DNA of 64,000 nt, from IMG/VR virus record IMGVR_UViG_3300032294_002877, positions 64,001-128,000 of that record. One strand, written 5' to 3'. Position numbers and translations under genes: made by a program. The stretch comes from a virus. Positions 48,921-59,114 of the stretch are shown here, in pieces; the first letter of the stretch is position 1, and each line of letters begins with the position of its first letter. Below the pieces are notes generated by a model. That model worked only from the letters and a program-made list of their open reading frames with translations. It searched no databases and had not been told where the DNA came from.

Positions 48921-50573
48921 ATGAGTAATAAAAAATACTATTGGCTCAACAATCATAGCAGACTCTTTCTCGAAAGAGGATATCTAAAAGAGGGTCTGAC
49001 TCCAGAGCAGAGAATAAAAGATATAGCCAAGAACGCAGAAACAATACTTAATCAACCAGGATTTGCTGATAAGTTTGAAGACTATATGGCTAGAGGATTC
49101 TATAGTCTGGCGACACCGGTATGGAATAATTTTGGTAATGAAAGAGGTCTTCCTGTTTCGTGTTTTAATTCTCATGTAGACGATCAAATGGTAGATATAC
49201 TACATAAAGTAGCAGAAGTTGGCATGATGAGTAAATTGGGAGGAGGAACTAGTGGCTACTTCGGTGATCTAAGAGAAAGAGGTTCTAAAATCAGTGTTGG
49301 CGGAGAAAGTAGCGGACCTGTTCATTTTATGGAATTATTTGATAAAGTAGCCGATGTTGTTAGCCAAGGTTCTGCTAGGAGAGGCTCTTTTGCTGCTTAT
49401 CTTCCGATTGAACATAAAGACATTGAAGAGTTTCTACAGATTAGAAGCGAAGGGCATCCAATCCAAAATATGAGTATCGGAGTAACGATATCTGATGAGT
49501 GGATGAAGACAATGATATCTGGAGATAAAGATAAAAGAAAAATATGGGCAAAGATTATTCAAAAGAGATTTGAAACAGGTTACCCATATATAATGTTCAC
49601 AGATAATGTAAATAATAATTCTCCATCTGTATACAAGGATAAAAATATCAAAGTGAATTCATCCAATCTTTGTTCAGAGATAACATTACAATCAGATAAT
49701 GACAATTCATTTGTATGTGTATTATCTAGTTTAAATCTATTGCATTGGGACGAAATAATCGATACAGATGCTGTAGAAACCATGATTTATTTTCTCGATG
49801 CTGTCAATGAAGAATTTATAAGAAAAAGCAAAGGTATTAAATTCATGGAAACAGCCCATAATTTTGCTAAAAATCAGAGAGCGCTAGGTATGGGTGTTTT
49901 AGGGTGGCATTCTTTATTGCAGTCAAAAATGATAGGTTTTGAAAGTATGCAAGCCAAAATGCTCAACTCCTCTATCTGGAAAACAATCAGAGAAAGAGCA
50001 GATAAAGCAACACAACAACTAGCAGACATATACGGAGAACCAGATTTGCTGAAGGGCTATGGCAGAAGAAATGTGACGACGCTTGCTGTAGCACCAACCA
50101 CATCCAGCAGTTTTATTCTTGGTCAAGTAAGCCCGTCGATAGAGCCTCTAAATTCTAATTATTTTGTTAAGAAACTAGCCAAAGGAAGTTTCACATACAA
50201 AAATCCTTATCTAAAAAAGTTGCTCAAAGAAAAACATCAGGACAATGATGAAATATGGAAGGGTATATTAGTTAGAGGAGGATCGGTTCAACATCTAGAA
50301 TTTCTATCAAAAGAAGAAAAGGATGTATTCAAAACATTTGGAGAAATCAGTCAAAAAGAAATTATTATTCAAAATATACAAAGACAAAAATTTGTAGACC
50401 AGTCAATATCATTAAATCTTATGATACCGCCTAATTCTCCGGCTAAAGAGGTAAGCGAATTACTTATATACGGATGGGAACATGGTATAAAAACATTCTA
50501 TTATCAAAGATCCTCCAACCCAGCACAAGAATTGGCTCGTAGCATATTAACCTGTACATCTTGCGAGGCATAA
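48921..50573 (+). CDS. nrdA: class I ribonucleotide reductase alpha subunit (no ATP cone)
   Basis: ATP.W.N.G, SCF, GGGT, SNLCSEI, R.LG.GV.G, AVAPTTSSS, QK.VDQSIS.N, KT.YY, C-terminal CTSC. Confidence 0.93.
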   Translation: MSNKKYYWLNNHSRLFLERGYLKEGLTPEQRIKDIAKNAETILNQPGFADKFEDYMARGFYSLATPVWNNFGNERGLPVSCFNSHVDDQMVDILHKVAEVGMMSKLGGGTSGYFGDLRERGSKISVGGESSGPVHFMELFDKVADVVSQGSARRGSFAAYLPIEHKDIEEFLQIRSEGHPIQNMSIGVTISDEWMKTMISGDKDKRKIWAKIIQKRFETGYPYIMFTDNVNNNSPSVYKDKNIKVNSSNLCSEITLQSDNDNSFVCVLSSLNLLHWDEIIDTDAVETMIYFLDAVNEEFIRKSKGIKFMETAHNFAKNQRALGMGVLGWHSLLQSKMIGFESMQAKMLNSSIWKTIRERADKATQQLADIYGEPDLLKGYGRRNVTTLAVAPTTSSSFILGQVSPSIEPLNSNYFVKKLAKGSFTYKNPYLKKLLKEKHQDNDEIWKGILVRGGSVQHLEFLSKEEKDVFKTFGEISQKEIIIQNIQRQKFVDQSISLNLMIPPNSPAKEVSELLIYGWEHGIKTFYYQRSSNPAQELARSILTCTSCEA

Positions 50574-50576
50574 CTA

Positions 50577-51008
50577 ATGTTAGTAAAAGTTAAAAAAGTT
50601 CATTCGGAAGCGAAACTACCTGTTAGAAACAATATTACAGATGCTGGCGCGGACTTGTGTTCTGTTGAAAATTTATCAATACCACCACAATCTAGAGCTT
50701 TGGTAAGCACCGGAATATCTATACAACTCCCGTCAGAAAATGTCTATGGTCGCATAGCACCGCGATCAGGACTAGCTTTTAAAAATGGTATAGATGTCCT
50801 GGCTGGCGTTATTGATAATGGATACACAGGCACCATCGGGGTGGTTCTGATCAACACAGATAAAGAAAAATCTTTCGACATCAAAATTGGTGATAGAATA
50901 GCACAGCTTATTATAGAAACCTATCATCAGTGTGTTTTTAGCGAAACAGATAATCTTGAAGAAACCTCAAGATCAGATAAAGGTTTCGGATCTAGCGGAA
51001 TAAAGTAA
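50577..51008 (+). CDS. dut: dUTPase
   Basis: AGADL, PRSG, GVIDNGYTG, RIAQL, R.DKGFGSSG. Confidence 0.95.
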   Translation: MLVKVKKVHSEAKLPVRNNITDAGADLCSVENLSIPPQSRALVSTGISIQLPSENVYGRIAPRSGLAFKNGIDVLAGVIDNGYTGTIGVVLINTDKEKSFDIKIGDRIAQLIIETYHQCVFSETDNLEETSRSDKGFGSSGIK

Positions 51009-51021
51009 AAATGCTATAGTC

Positions 51022-51035
51022 GGTGTATATTAAAG
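51022..51035 (+). promoter_or_regulatory. GGTGTA-type putative phage promoter motif
   Basis: GGTGTATATTAAAG in the intergenic gap upstream of phoH. Confidence 0.45.
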
Positions 51036-51073
51036 CATAATTGGTTATACACTCCCTATAGTCGAGGTGCAAC

Positions 51074-51805
51074 TTGAGAAAAAACAACAAAGGCTCAAAG
51101 AAAAAATCTAAGGTTATAGATCTCACAAATCAGATAGAAAATAATAGTTTAGCATCTAAAAATTCTCTTAAACCACGAACCTCCAATCAATCCGAATATA
51201 TTAGAACCATATCTGAAAATACTATTACCTTTTGTCAGGGAGTTGCCGGCTCTGGTAAAACGCATTGTGCAGTAGGCTTGGCTTTAGAGTATCTTTTAGC
51301 GTCTAAAGTCAAAAAAATTATCATAACTCGACCTGTTGTAGAAGCGGGAGAGAAGATAGGTTATTTGCCCGGAGATGCTAATACAAAATTGTTCCCATAT
51401 CTATTGCCGATAGAAGATGAAATCAATTATTTTATTGGCCCAGCTCATAACGCCTCGTTAAAACTAAATAATAAAATAGAAATAGTTCCATTGGGTTTTA
51501 TGCGTGGACGTAATTTTCATGAAAGTTTTATCATAGCTGATGAGTGTCAGAATGCTAGCTATGATCAGCTTAAAATGTTATTAACAAGAATCGGCAGAAA
51601 TAGCAAAATGGTTCTTACTGGCGATGTGCAGCAGTCAGATCTGCCAAGACATTTACAGGGTGGCTTCTACACACTATCATCTATACTAGAAGGTGTTGAA
51701 GGGGTTGGTATTTCTAAACTACAGGATGTTGATATAGTTAGAAATCCTATTATAGGTAAAATTCTAGGACGTTTAGACTCTTACGAAAATGAAAGCAAAA
51801 AATAG
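51074..51805 (+). CDS. phoH: PhoH-family ATPase
   Basis: GVAGSGKT, TRP.VEAGE.IGYLPG, MRGRNF, DECQN, LTRIG, GD..QSD. Confidence 0.93.
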   Translation: MRKNNKGSKKKSKVIDLTNQIENNSLASKNSLKPRTSNQSEYIRTISENTITFCQGVAGSGKTHCAVGLALEYLLASKVKKIIITRPVVEAGEKIGYLPGDANTKLFPYLLPIEDEINYFIGPAHNASLKLNNKIEIVPLGFMRGRNFHESFIIADECQNASYDQLKMLLTRIGRNSKMVLTGDVQQSDLPRHLQGGFYTLSSILEGVEGVGISKLQDVDIVRNPIIGKILGRLDSYENESKK

Positions 51806-52367
51806 TAAATGTCTGATATTGAACTCGGACTATACCCCATTATCTGTAATTGATTGGCAGAAAGCATTGATATGGTATATCAAATATCAATATCACTCCG
51901 AGATTGGTATAGAAATAATAGATTTCTATAAAGATGATTTTATAAATGGCGTGAATAAGAAATACCCAATTCCAGCAGTTATAAAGACAACAAAATACTT
52001 TAGACTGAACAATAAAAGAGTAAATTTTTCACGTAAAAATCTATTTATAAGAGATGGTTATACTTGTCAGTATTGTGGACAAAAACCAGATATAAAATAT
52101 CTAACATATGATCATGTAATACCAAAGTCTTTATGGAGTCACGATAAAGGATCCCCAACAACATGGACAAATATTGTAACTGCTTGTGTTTCGTGCAATC
52201 GTAAAAAAGGTAATAAAACACCAAAACAAGCTATGATGAAATTACATACATTACCAATAGCTCCTAATAAAAGCGCAAAGTACTTGCCCATAACAGATTT
52301 TCTTCTTACTATAAGATCTGATATTCCTGACGAGTGGAAATTTTATTTACCAGAATCCTATTTTTAA
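51789..52367 (+). CDS. HNH endonuclease
   Basis: L.LNSDY.PL, RDGYTCQYCG, T.DHVIP, WTNIVTAC..CN..KG. Confidence 0.88.
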   Translation: MKAKNSKCLILNSDYTPLSVIDWQKALIWYIKYQYHSEIGIEIIDFYKDDFINGVNKKYPIPAVIKTTKYFRLNNKRVNFSRKNLFIRDGYTCQYCGQKPDIKYLTYDHVIPKSLWSHDKGSPTTWTNIVTACVSCNRKKGNKTPKQAMMKLHTLPIAPNKSAKYLPITDFLLTIRSDIPDEWKFYLPESYF

Positions 52368-52368
52368 T

Positions 52369-52716
52369 ATGCCTACATATTCTTATACTTGCGATTCATG
52401 TCATAGCGATTTTGAATTATTCTTCTATATCAAGGACTACACGGAAAATCCAGAATGTATATCTTGTGGTAGCAGCAAAACGTCTAGATGTATCACTAAA
52501 GACGCTATAACACTAAATGCTTCAGTTAAAAAATCTGATAGCGAGCTGAAAACAATCGGAGATTTAGCAAACAGAAATAGAGATAAAATGAGCGAGGACC
52601 AAAAGATTAATCTATATAATAAGCACAATGACTATAAAGACAAAACTCCTCAAAAAGAACTACCAAAAGGAATGACTAGAATGAAAAAACCAGGAGTAAA
52701 GAACAAATGGACATGA
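52369..52716 (+). CDS. FmdB-family Zn-ribbon protein
   Basis: MPTYSYTCDSC...FE...CISCGS. Confidence 0.75.
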   Translation: MPTYSYTCDSCHSDFELFFYIKDYTENPECISCGSSKTSRCITKDAITLNASVKKSDSELKTIGDLANRNRDKMSEDQKINLYNKHNDYKDKTPQKELPKGMTRMKKPGVKNKWT

Positions 52717-53063
52717 ATGACATAAATCCAGATTTTAGTAAAATGGATGATGAGACACTTAAAAATTTCCTAAAAGATCATTACTCTTCCCAAGACTATG
52801 CACAAAATCTCAGTGACGAACCAGAAAAATTATCATTATCCCCATACGAAATAGTTTTTAATGTCACGGCTAATGTTTTACAAGAAAATGAGAAAGGAGA
52901 AAAATTACGATCAAAACACATCTCTACTAAATTCTATCACATTCCCGTTCCTGTGGACGGCGACTATAATGTATTTATGGAATCTTTTTTTAAGTTTCTG
53001 GAAGAAAATCTAGCATCCGCAGCTAATAAGGCGTACGAAGAGAACAACCCCTATAAGAAATAA
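52707..53063 (+). CDS. hypothetical protein
   Basis: 118-aa ORF in operon. Confidence 0.55.
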   Translation: MDMNDINPDFSKMDDETLKNFLKDHYSSQDYAQNLSDEPEKLSLSPYEIVFNVTANVLQENEKGEKLRSKHISTKFYHIPVPVDGDYNVFMESFFKFLEENLASAANKAYEENNPYKK

Positions 53064-53068
53064 ATCAT

Positions 53069-53446
53069 ATGGAAAACTTTATTCATCAGCATAGCAAACC
53101 TAAAAACCAAAAAAACTTAAATGAATATTATTGCATGATAGGTGAGGAAGATTTTCTTGATAAAGAGAACTATCCTAGATGCAAAGACGAAGCATCAAAA
53201 AATATTTGTGCAAAAAAAGTTATCAGAACAGACGGTACTGCTAGATATAGTATCAAAACATCAGAAGATAGAAAACTTTTGAATCCTTGGTCTATATTTG
53301 ACCCTAAGGATAAAAAATTCTTAGATTCTATATCTAGAAACCAAGATCCATTTATAGACGTTAATTACAATGTTTTTGGATTATATATCAAGTTCTTAAA
53401 AACAAAAAATGTAGCGTACCTTAACAATGCAGAAAGAGAGATGTGA
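53069..53446 (+). CDS. hypothetical protein
   Basis: 125-aa ORF in operon. Confidence 0.6.
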   Translation: MENFIHQHSKPKNQKNLNEYYCMIGEEDFLDKENYPRCKDEASKNICAKKVIRTDGTARYSIKTSEDRKLLNPWSIFDPKDKKFLDSISRNQDPFIDVNYNVFGLYIKFLKTKNVAYLNNAEREM

Positions 53447-53449
53447 TAC

Positions 53450-53788
53450 ATGGCTAGATTAAACAAAACGCAAATATATGCAATTCAATGGCTTAATAGT
53501 CAAAATAAAAGTCCCGATCAAATAGCTGACGAACTCACACTATCTGTTGAACAAGTTACAAAAACAATAGAGAAACATTCAACTAGCAAAACAGATGATG
53601 ATGCTATCAAAACAGGTAAATCGCCAGTTAGTAGGTCTCATAATTTAATGATAACAGAAACAGCCAATAAGGGCACAAAAAATGTTGCGATCATGACAAA
53701 AGAAGCATCTCAGCTTAATGATGAACTAAAGAATAAGGCAGCAAATCACCCACTAACAGAGAAAGCTATTTTTAGGCCAAGGCAATAA
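53450..53788 (+). CDS. HTH-domain protein
   Basis: SPDQIADELTLSVEQV. Confidence 0.6.
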   Translation: MARLNKTQIYAIQWLNSQNKSPDQIADELTLSVEQVTKTIEKHSTSKTDDDAIKTGKSPVSRSHNLMITETANKGTKNVAIMTKEASQLNDELKNKAANHPLTEKAIFRPRQ

Positions 53789-54223
53789 ATGTTACAAGAT
53801 CCTAACAAGTATATTTCTAAATACTCTAATGGGAAAGAAGTATCCGCTGCTCAATATATAACAGAACTGATATGTGAAAATAAAGCCAGATTACAAAAAA
53901 TGGATTTACACTTTAGATTTTGGACTAATAAAACATGGTCTAAATTCTATAGAGATCAGATAGCAACATCTAATAAGCTGCTGAAAAAATATGAGCCAAA
54001 AGCTATTATAGCAGCATTACGGGATCAGGAGGCCTCAAAAATATACTCTTTGCGGGCTCCTCATCTGATCGCTATTATAGACAAACACAAGGAAATACTT
54101 GACCAACAAAACAAAGATTTCACATTATCCGTTGATAGAAAAGAGCAAAAATCTTTTAGGACGGAATCTCAAAAAAAATCAGGCATACTATCAAGACTAA
54201 AGGATATAGATAATGACAATTAA
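53789..54223 (+). CDS. hypothetical protein
   Basis: 144-aa ORF directly upstream of recA. Confidence 0.6.
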   Translation: MLQDPNKYISKYSNGKEVSAAQYITELICENKARLQKMDLHFRFWTNKTWSKFYRDQIATSNKLLKKYEPKAIIAALRDQEASKIYSLRAPHLIAIIDKHKEILDQQNKDFTLSVDRKEQKSFRTESQKKSGILSRLKDIDNDN

Positions 54224-55229
54224 AGAAGATATAACTAAAAATTTTGGCGATAATATTGTTTTAACCGGTAATGCAATAGTAGACAAAAAAGTTCTCACTA
54301 TACCTGTTAGTCCATCTCTAGATATTATTCTTAATGGAGGGATACCAGAAGGTAGTTTCGTTATATTAACTGGACAGCCAAAAAGCGGAAAAACTACAAC
54401 ATCACTAGATTTTGCTGCTAATGCTCAAAAATTAGAATATGCACACGGCTCCTTCAAAGACGGTAGACAGGTATACTATCTAAATATTGAAGGTAGATTG
54501 AAAAAGAGAGATCTTGAGGGCATACCAGGACTTGATCTAACAAGATTTCATGTGATAGGAAGTCAACAAGGTAAAATTCTACACGCAGAAGAATACCTAC
54601 AGATAGGCGAAAAAATCATTAATGAGGTTCCAGGATCGGTTGTTATTATAGACTCATATTCTGCGCTATGCACAGAAGCTGAGATCACTAGCGATATGGA
54701 TAAAATGCAAAGAGCAGATGGAGCAAAATTACTAGCTAAATTCTGTAGGAAAGTAGCAAATGTTATACCCGTAAATCAAAATATTGTAATAGGTATTACT
54801 CATTTAATGGGTAACCCAACAGGCTATGGGGCTGAATTTAAAGAAAAGAGCGGTCAGGCTATAGCGTATCAGACAGATATTAAATTACGAGTAAAAACTT
54901 TCAAGCCTTGGACTTTGAGTGCAGATAATACTCAGATAGGACAAGAAATAGAGTGGCAAGTAATATGTTCGGCATTAGGCCCTCCTGGAGGTACTATTAC
55001 GTCTTATCTCAGATATGGCCAAGGCATAGATAAATATATGGAAGCCATATCGTTGGCCTCTGACCTCGGTTTAATTCAAAAGGGTGGAGCATGGTATACT
55101 CTTGTTAATACAAAGGATAAGCCAAAGTTTCAGGGTACAGAGAAGATACGAGCATTTTTATTGGAAAACCCAAGCGAATATGAGAATTTAGTCGTAAGTA
55201 TTAAACAAACTATGGGAATTAAATGCTGA
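54213..55229 (+). CDS. recA: RecA/UvsX-like recombinase
   Basis: SPSLD..L.GGIP.G, GQPKSGKTT, IIDS..AL, SG.AI.Y. Confidence 0.88.
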   Translation: MTIKEDITKNFGDNIVLTGNAIVDKKVLTIPVSPSLDIILNGGIPEGSFVILTGQPKSGKTTTSLDFAANAQKLEYAHGSFKDGRQVYYLNIEGRLKKRDLEGIPGLDLTRFHVIGSQQGKILHAEEYLQIGEKIINEVPGSVVIIDSYSALCTEAEITSDMDKMQRADGAKLLAKFCRKVANVIPVNQNIVIGITHLMGNPTGYGAEFKEKSGQAIAYQTDIKLRVKTFKPWTLSADNTQIGQEIEWQVICSALGPPGGTITSYLRYGQGIDKYMEAISLASDLGLIQKGGAWYTLVNTKDKPKFQGTEKIRAFLLENPSEYENLVVSIKQTMGIKC

Positions 55230-55645
55230 TTAAAGATCTGGATAACTTAGGACATACTTGGCATATTACAGGACATATATCCAAAGGACGGCTGACGAAT
55301 AAGTCTAGCTTGCATTTGGCCGCCCGAGAGGTTATAGTATCGGTGTTCCCAACGCTACAAGTTCTTGAGGAAGTAACAATACCTCTCAGGAGGTCTGAGA
55401 CTTTATATCTAGACTTCTATCTGCCTTTAAAAAAGATGTGCATAGAAGTGCATGGAGAGCAGCATTATAAGTTCACACCATACTATCACAACAATATGTT
55501 GGCATTTTTAAAATCTCAAAAAAGAGATAGAGAAAAAGAGGAGTGGTGTTCTATAAATTCAATTTCATATATAGTATTCCCTTATGATGAAACTCCAGAA
55601 CAATGGAAACAAAGGATAATGAGCGATGACACAAAAAACAACTAA
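55223..55645 (+). CDS. DUF559/Vsr-like PD-(D/E)XK endonuclease
   Basis: EE..IP, LDFYLP, IEVHGEQHY, KRD.EK. Confidence 0.7.
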   Translation: MLIKDLDNLGHTWHITGHISKGRLTNKSSLHLAAREVIVSVFPTLQVLEEVTIPLRRSETLYLDFYLPLKKMCIEVHGEQHYKFTPYYHNNMLAFLKSQKRDREKEEWCSINSISYIVFPYDETPEQWKQRIMSDDTKNN

Positions 55646-56120
55646 AGAAGAAATACAATATTGGGATAATATATTAGATGAATATGAGACATCATTAGGT
55701 CTCAGCAAATATTCCGATACACATAGTTTTACTGAGCAGGAACTCAATGAATATTTTTCAATGAATAGAGACGCTATAGAAAAACTTAATCCTGAAGATT
55801 GTGCTCAAATAGCATATAGACTTGCTCAGTATGCATTTTTCTTACAAAGGACCATCAACAGAGAAATAGCCAGATATAACTGGGCGGATGAAAGCATCAA
55901 GGAAGTAATCGCTCCAGAGATCAACAACTATAAAGGATATGGATATATTGAAAAATCCTATCAAGCAATTAAACAAAACGATAGAGCGTCCGGACTCAAT
56001 AGTATAAGAAAATACGCCAAACAAAGAATTGACAGACTATCATATCTGGCTAACAATATTAAAAATCTATCAGACGTCATCATGTCTGTACAAAAGAATA
56101 AGGTGAAACATGGATCTTAA
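55626..56120 (+). CDS. helical protein, possible UvsY-like recombination mediator
   Basis: All-alpha, coiled-coil character and position between recA and the helicase; the UvsY label is contextual only. Confidence 0.35.
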   Translation: MTQKTTKEEIQYWDNILDEYETSLGLSKYSDTHSFTEQELNEYFSMNRDAIEKLNPEDCAQIAYRLAQYAFFLQRTINREIARYNWADESIKEVIAPEINNYKGYGYIEKSYQAIKQNDRASGLNSIRKYAKQRIDRLSYLANNIKNLSDVIMSVQKNKVKHGS

Positions 56121-56517
56121 TGATATGTCCAAAAATCCAGAACAGATTAAGCAGTTAATATCTCTTTTACAGCAACTATTACCACAAGAATCAGATAACC
56201 AAGCTGATGAGTCAGATTCAAAATCTGAGACACAAGATAGTGGTTATAGCGATGTTATGAGAACTAAAGGTCAAAAATCACGGAAAAATCAACACAACAA
56301 TAAGTTCTTAAGTATGAGAGAAAAGGATATGCATAAAGAAGACACGAAAGTGGATAAGCTATTATGTAAAAATAATCCTGTTTCTAGAAGTAGGGAATTT
56401 TCTTTGGTTAAAGTTACATGTCGTGTATGCGGTAAAACAGAAGAAATAAATCCTGTCTTACTGTTTGATAGTCCTAATAGATACAAATGCAACAATTGCT
56501 CAACAACTTCAGGGTGA
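56110..56517 (+). CDS. hypothetical protein with C-terminal Zn ribbon
   Basis: CRVCG...CNNC. Confidence 0.6.
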   Translation: MDLNDMSKNPEQIKQLISLLQQLLPQESDNQADESDSKSETQDSGYSDVMRTKGQKSRKNQHNNKFLSMREKDMHKEDTKVDKLLCKNNPVSRSREFSLVKVTCRVCGKTEEINPVLLFDSPNRYKCNNCSTTSG

Positions 56518-56524
56518 TTATTTT

Positions 56525-57994
56525 ATGATTTTGTGTGACCCGTCAGCTGAACGTGCTGTTCTCAGTGGGATCTTTCATTATGGAGAACAAGTATATTTAG
56601 ATATAGCCGATCTTGTCAAAGAGTCTACTTTTACTATTGATAGCAATCAATATATATTTAAATGCCTAAAAACTATTTGCGAAACCACACAACCCAAATC
56701 GGCAATAGATATAGCATCTATCTACTCGGTTGCTCAGGACCTTGGTTTGTCGCATGTATTTAATCAAAAAGAAGAGGTTCAGCACCTAAAAGCAGTCAAA
56801 GACTTTCCTGTTAATATAGAAAATATACGAAAATTTGCAGCCAAAATTAAAAAATTGGAAATAGCCAGATCTTTACATAAAGAGATGGAAGTTATACAAG
56901 AAAAGCTTTTGGATGTTAACGGATCAGAGTCTGTTACAGCTATCATGAGCATAGCAGAAGATTCCATATTCAACTTTGCCACAAATATTTCTGGCGACAG
57001 CGATGAATCTCCAAGCCAAATCGGTTTAGGAATAGAAGAATATATACAGTTTTTACAAGAAAATACTATTGATCAGGTTGGTATTCCAACAGGATTTCCT
57101 GTATATGATCAAGCTATTGGCGGAGGTTTACGTAAAGGCACAATTAATGTTATAGGGGCAAGACCAAAAGTTGGAAAGACATTATTATCAGACAATATAG
57201 GATTTCATATCTCAAATAAGCTTAAAATTCCTGTCTTGAATATGGATACAGAAATGAGCAAAGAAGATCATATTCATAGAATTATAGCAATGAACACAGA
57301 GATAGAAGTAAATAAGATAGAGACCGGTAAATTTTCAGATTCTCCAAGCAATATAACAAAAATCAAAGATACAGTAGCAGAATTAAAGCAAACACCATTA
57401 TATCATAAAGTCATAGCCGGTAAGCCGTTTGACGAACAGCTAGCGATAATGAAAAGATGGCTCATCAAAGAAGTTGGTCTTAACGAAGATGGCACAGCGA
57501 AGGATTGCGTAATAATCTATGATTATCTAAAGCTTATGGATAGTACAGGAATATCTCAAGACATGAAAGAATATCAAGTATTGGGCTTTATGATGACGGC
57601 ACTTCACAACTTCGCTGTCAAATATAAAGTTCCTATACTAGCATTTATCCAATTAAATAGAGATGGTATTACCAAAGAAAGTACCGATTCTGCTAGTGGA
57701 TCCGATAGAATTATATGGTTGTGTAGTAATTTTAGTATTTTCAAACGAAAAAGCGATGAAGAAATAGCCGAAGATGGTGGTAAGTCTGGAAACAGAAAAT
57801 TAATACCGATTATCTCAAGACACGGTGGAGGTCTGGACGATAACGACTATATTAATTGTCACATGAAGGGTTGGTGTGCTAAGATTACAGAAGGACAGAC
57901 CAAACTGGAAATAATGAACAATAACAAAACTGAACAAGATGGATTTATAGTTGATGAAAACAATAATGAAGAACAAGTCATACCTTTCGTATAA
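56525..57994 (+). CDS. dnaB: replicative DNA helicase DnaB
   Basis: D.SAERAVL, IPTGF...D..IGGG, GARPKVGKT, DTEM, IYDYL, IQLNR, SGSD.I. Confidence 0.92.
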   Translation: MILCDPSAERAVLSGIFHYGEQVYLDIADLVKESTFTIDSNQYIFKCLKTICETTQPKSAIDIASIYSVAQDLGLSHVFNQKEEVQHLKAVKDFPVNIENIRKFAAKIKKLEIARSLHKEMEVIQEKLLDVNGSESVTAIMSIAEDSIFNFATNISGDSDESPSQIGLGIEEYIQFLQENTIDQVGIPTGFPVYDQAIGGGLRKGTINVIGARPKVGKTLLSDNIGFHISNKLKIPVLNMDTEMSKEDHIHRIIAMNTEIEVNKIETGKFSDSPSNITKIKDTVAELKQTPLYHKVIAGKPFDEQLAIMKRWLIKEVGLNEDGTAKDCVIIYDYLKLMDSTGISQDMKEYQVLGFMMTALHNFAVKYKVPILAFIQLNRDGITKESTDSASGSDRIIWLCSNFSIFKRKSDEEIAEDGGKSGNRKLIPIISRHGGGLDDNDYINCHMKGWCAKITEGQTKLEIMNNNKTEQDGFIVDENNNEEQVIPFV

Positions 57995-59111
57995 TCAATT
58001 TCAACTAAAACATTTATCGGATGTTTTATGCGACGATATAACGAATTTATTAGAAGCTCTTGGTGTCGATTTGTATAAAGATTTTGGTAAAATGATAGCT
58101 ATGAGCTGTCCAGTTCATGGAGGAGACAATGAGTCGGCATTTAACTTATATCATCAAGGAGAACACTATAGAGGCAATTGGAAATGCAGAACACATAAAT
58201 GTGAAGAAACATTTAAGGGTTCTATTATAGGATTTATTAGAGGCTGTATATCTCATAGCAAATACGGATGGCAAAAACCCGGAGATGAAATGTGTTCTTT
58301 CCAGGAGGCCCTCCAGTTTGCAACAGATTTTACTAAACAAGATCTAAAATCTATTAAAATTTCCAAAAAAGCAAAAGAAAAGAACAGCTTTATTAACTCC
58401 GTTAGATATATCAAGAATACCAATAGTAGTATACTCAATAAGGTTAATAGGTCTTTTATACGGCAGAATTTATCAATTCCGTCGGAATACTTTGTATCAA
58501 GAGGATTTTCTTCAGAGATTCTACAAAAATACGATATTGGTGAATGTACGAACCCAGATAAAGAAATGTATAATAGAGCGGTAGCGCCGATATACGACAA
58601 CGATCACAAGTATATGATAGGGTGTACTGGTAGGAGTATATTTGAAAAATGTGAAAATTGTAAAGGTTTTCATGAGGTATCAGTAGTTTGTCCATCAAAG
58701 GAAGAAGCCTGGAAATACTCGAAATGGAAACATAGCTATAAATTCAAAAGCGAAGAACATCTATATAATTTCTGGTTTGCTAAAGATTCCATAAAAGAAT
58801 CATCTACAGTTATATTAGTAGAAAGTCCGGGAAATGTATGGAGACTAGAAGAGGCCGGTATCCATAATTCTGTGGCTATTTTTGGATCATCACTAAGCGA
58901 TAGACAGAAAATGATACTGGATACCTCAGGAGCAATGACTATATTTACATTAATGGATAATGATGACGCCGGAATAAAAGCAGAAAACCAGATTATAAAT
59001 AAATGTGAAAAAACCTATAACATAAAGAAGATCCCCTTTAATTATCCAGATATTGGGTCGATGACAATAGCGCAAATACAACAGGAAATCTCACCACTAC
59101 TAATAGGATAA
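57951..59111 (+). CDS. dnaG: DnaG-type DNA primase
   Basis: CPVH.GDN...WKCRTHKC Zn finger; R.V.PI, G.TGR, KWK; Toprim VES...MDND.AG. Confidence 0.8.
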   Translation: MMKTIMKNKSYLSYNQFQLKHLSDVLCDDITNLLEALGVDLYKDFGKMIAMSCPVHGGDNESAFNLYHQGEHYRGNWKCRTHKCEETFKGSIIGFIRGCISHSKYGWQKPGDEMCSFQEALQFATDFTKQDLKSIKISKKAKEKNSFINSVRYIKNTNSSILNKVNRSFIRQNLSIPSEYFVSRGFSSEILQKYDIGECTNPDKEMYNRAVAPIYDNDHKYMIGCTGRSIFEKCENCKGFHEVSVVCPSKEEAWKYSKWKHSYKFKSEEHLYNFWFAKDSIKESSTVILVESPGNVWRLEEAGIHNSVAIFGSSLSDRQKMILDTSGAMTIFTLMDNDDAGIKAENQIINKCEKTYNIKKIPFNYPDIGSMTIAQIQQEISPLLIG

Positions 59112-59114
59112 ATA

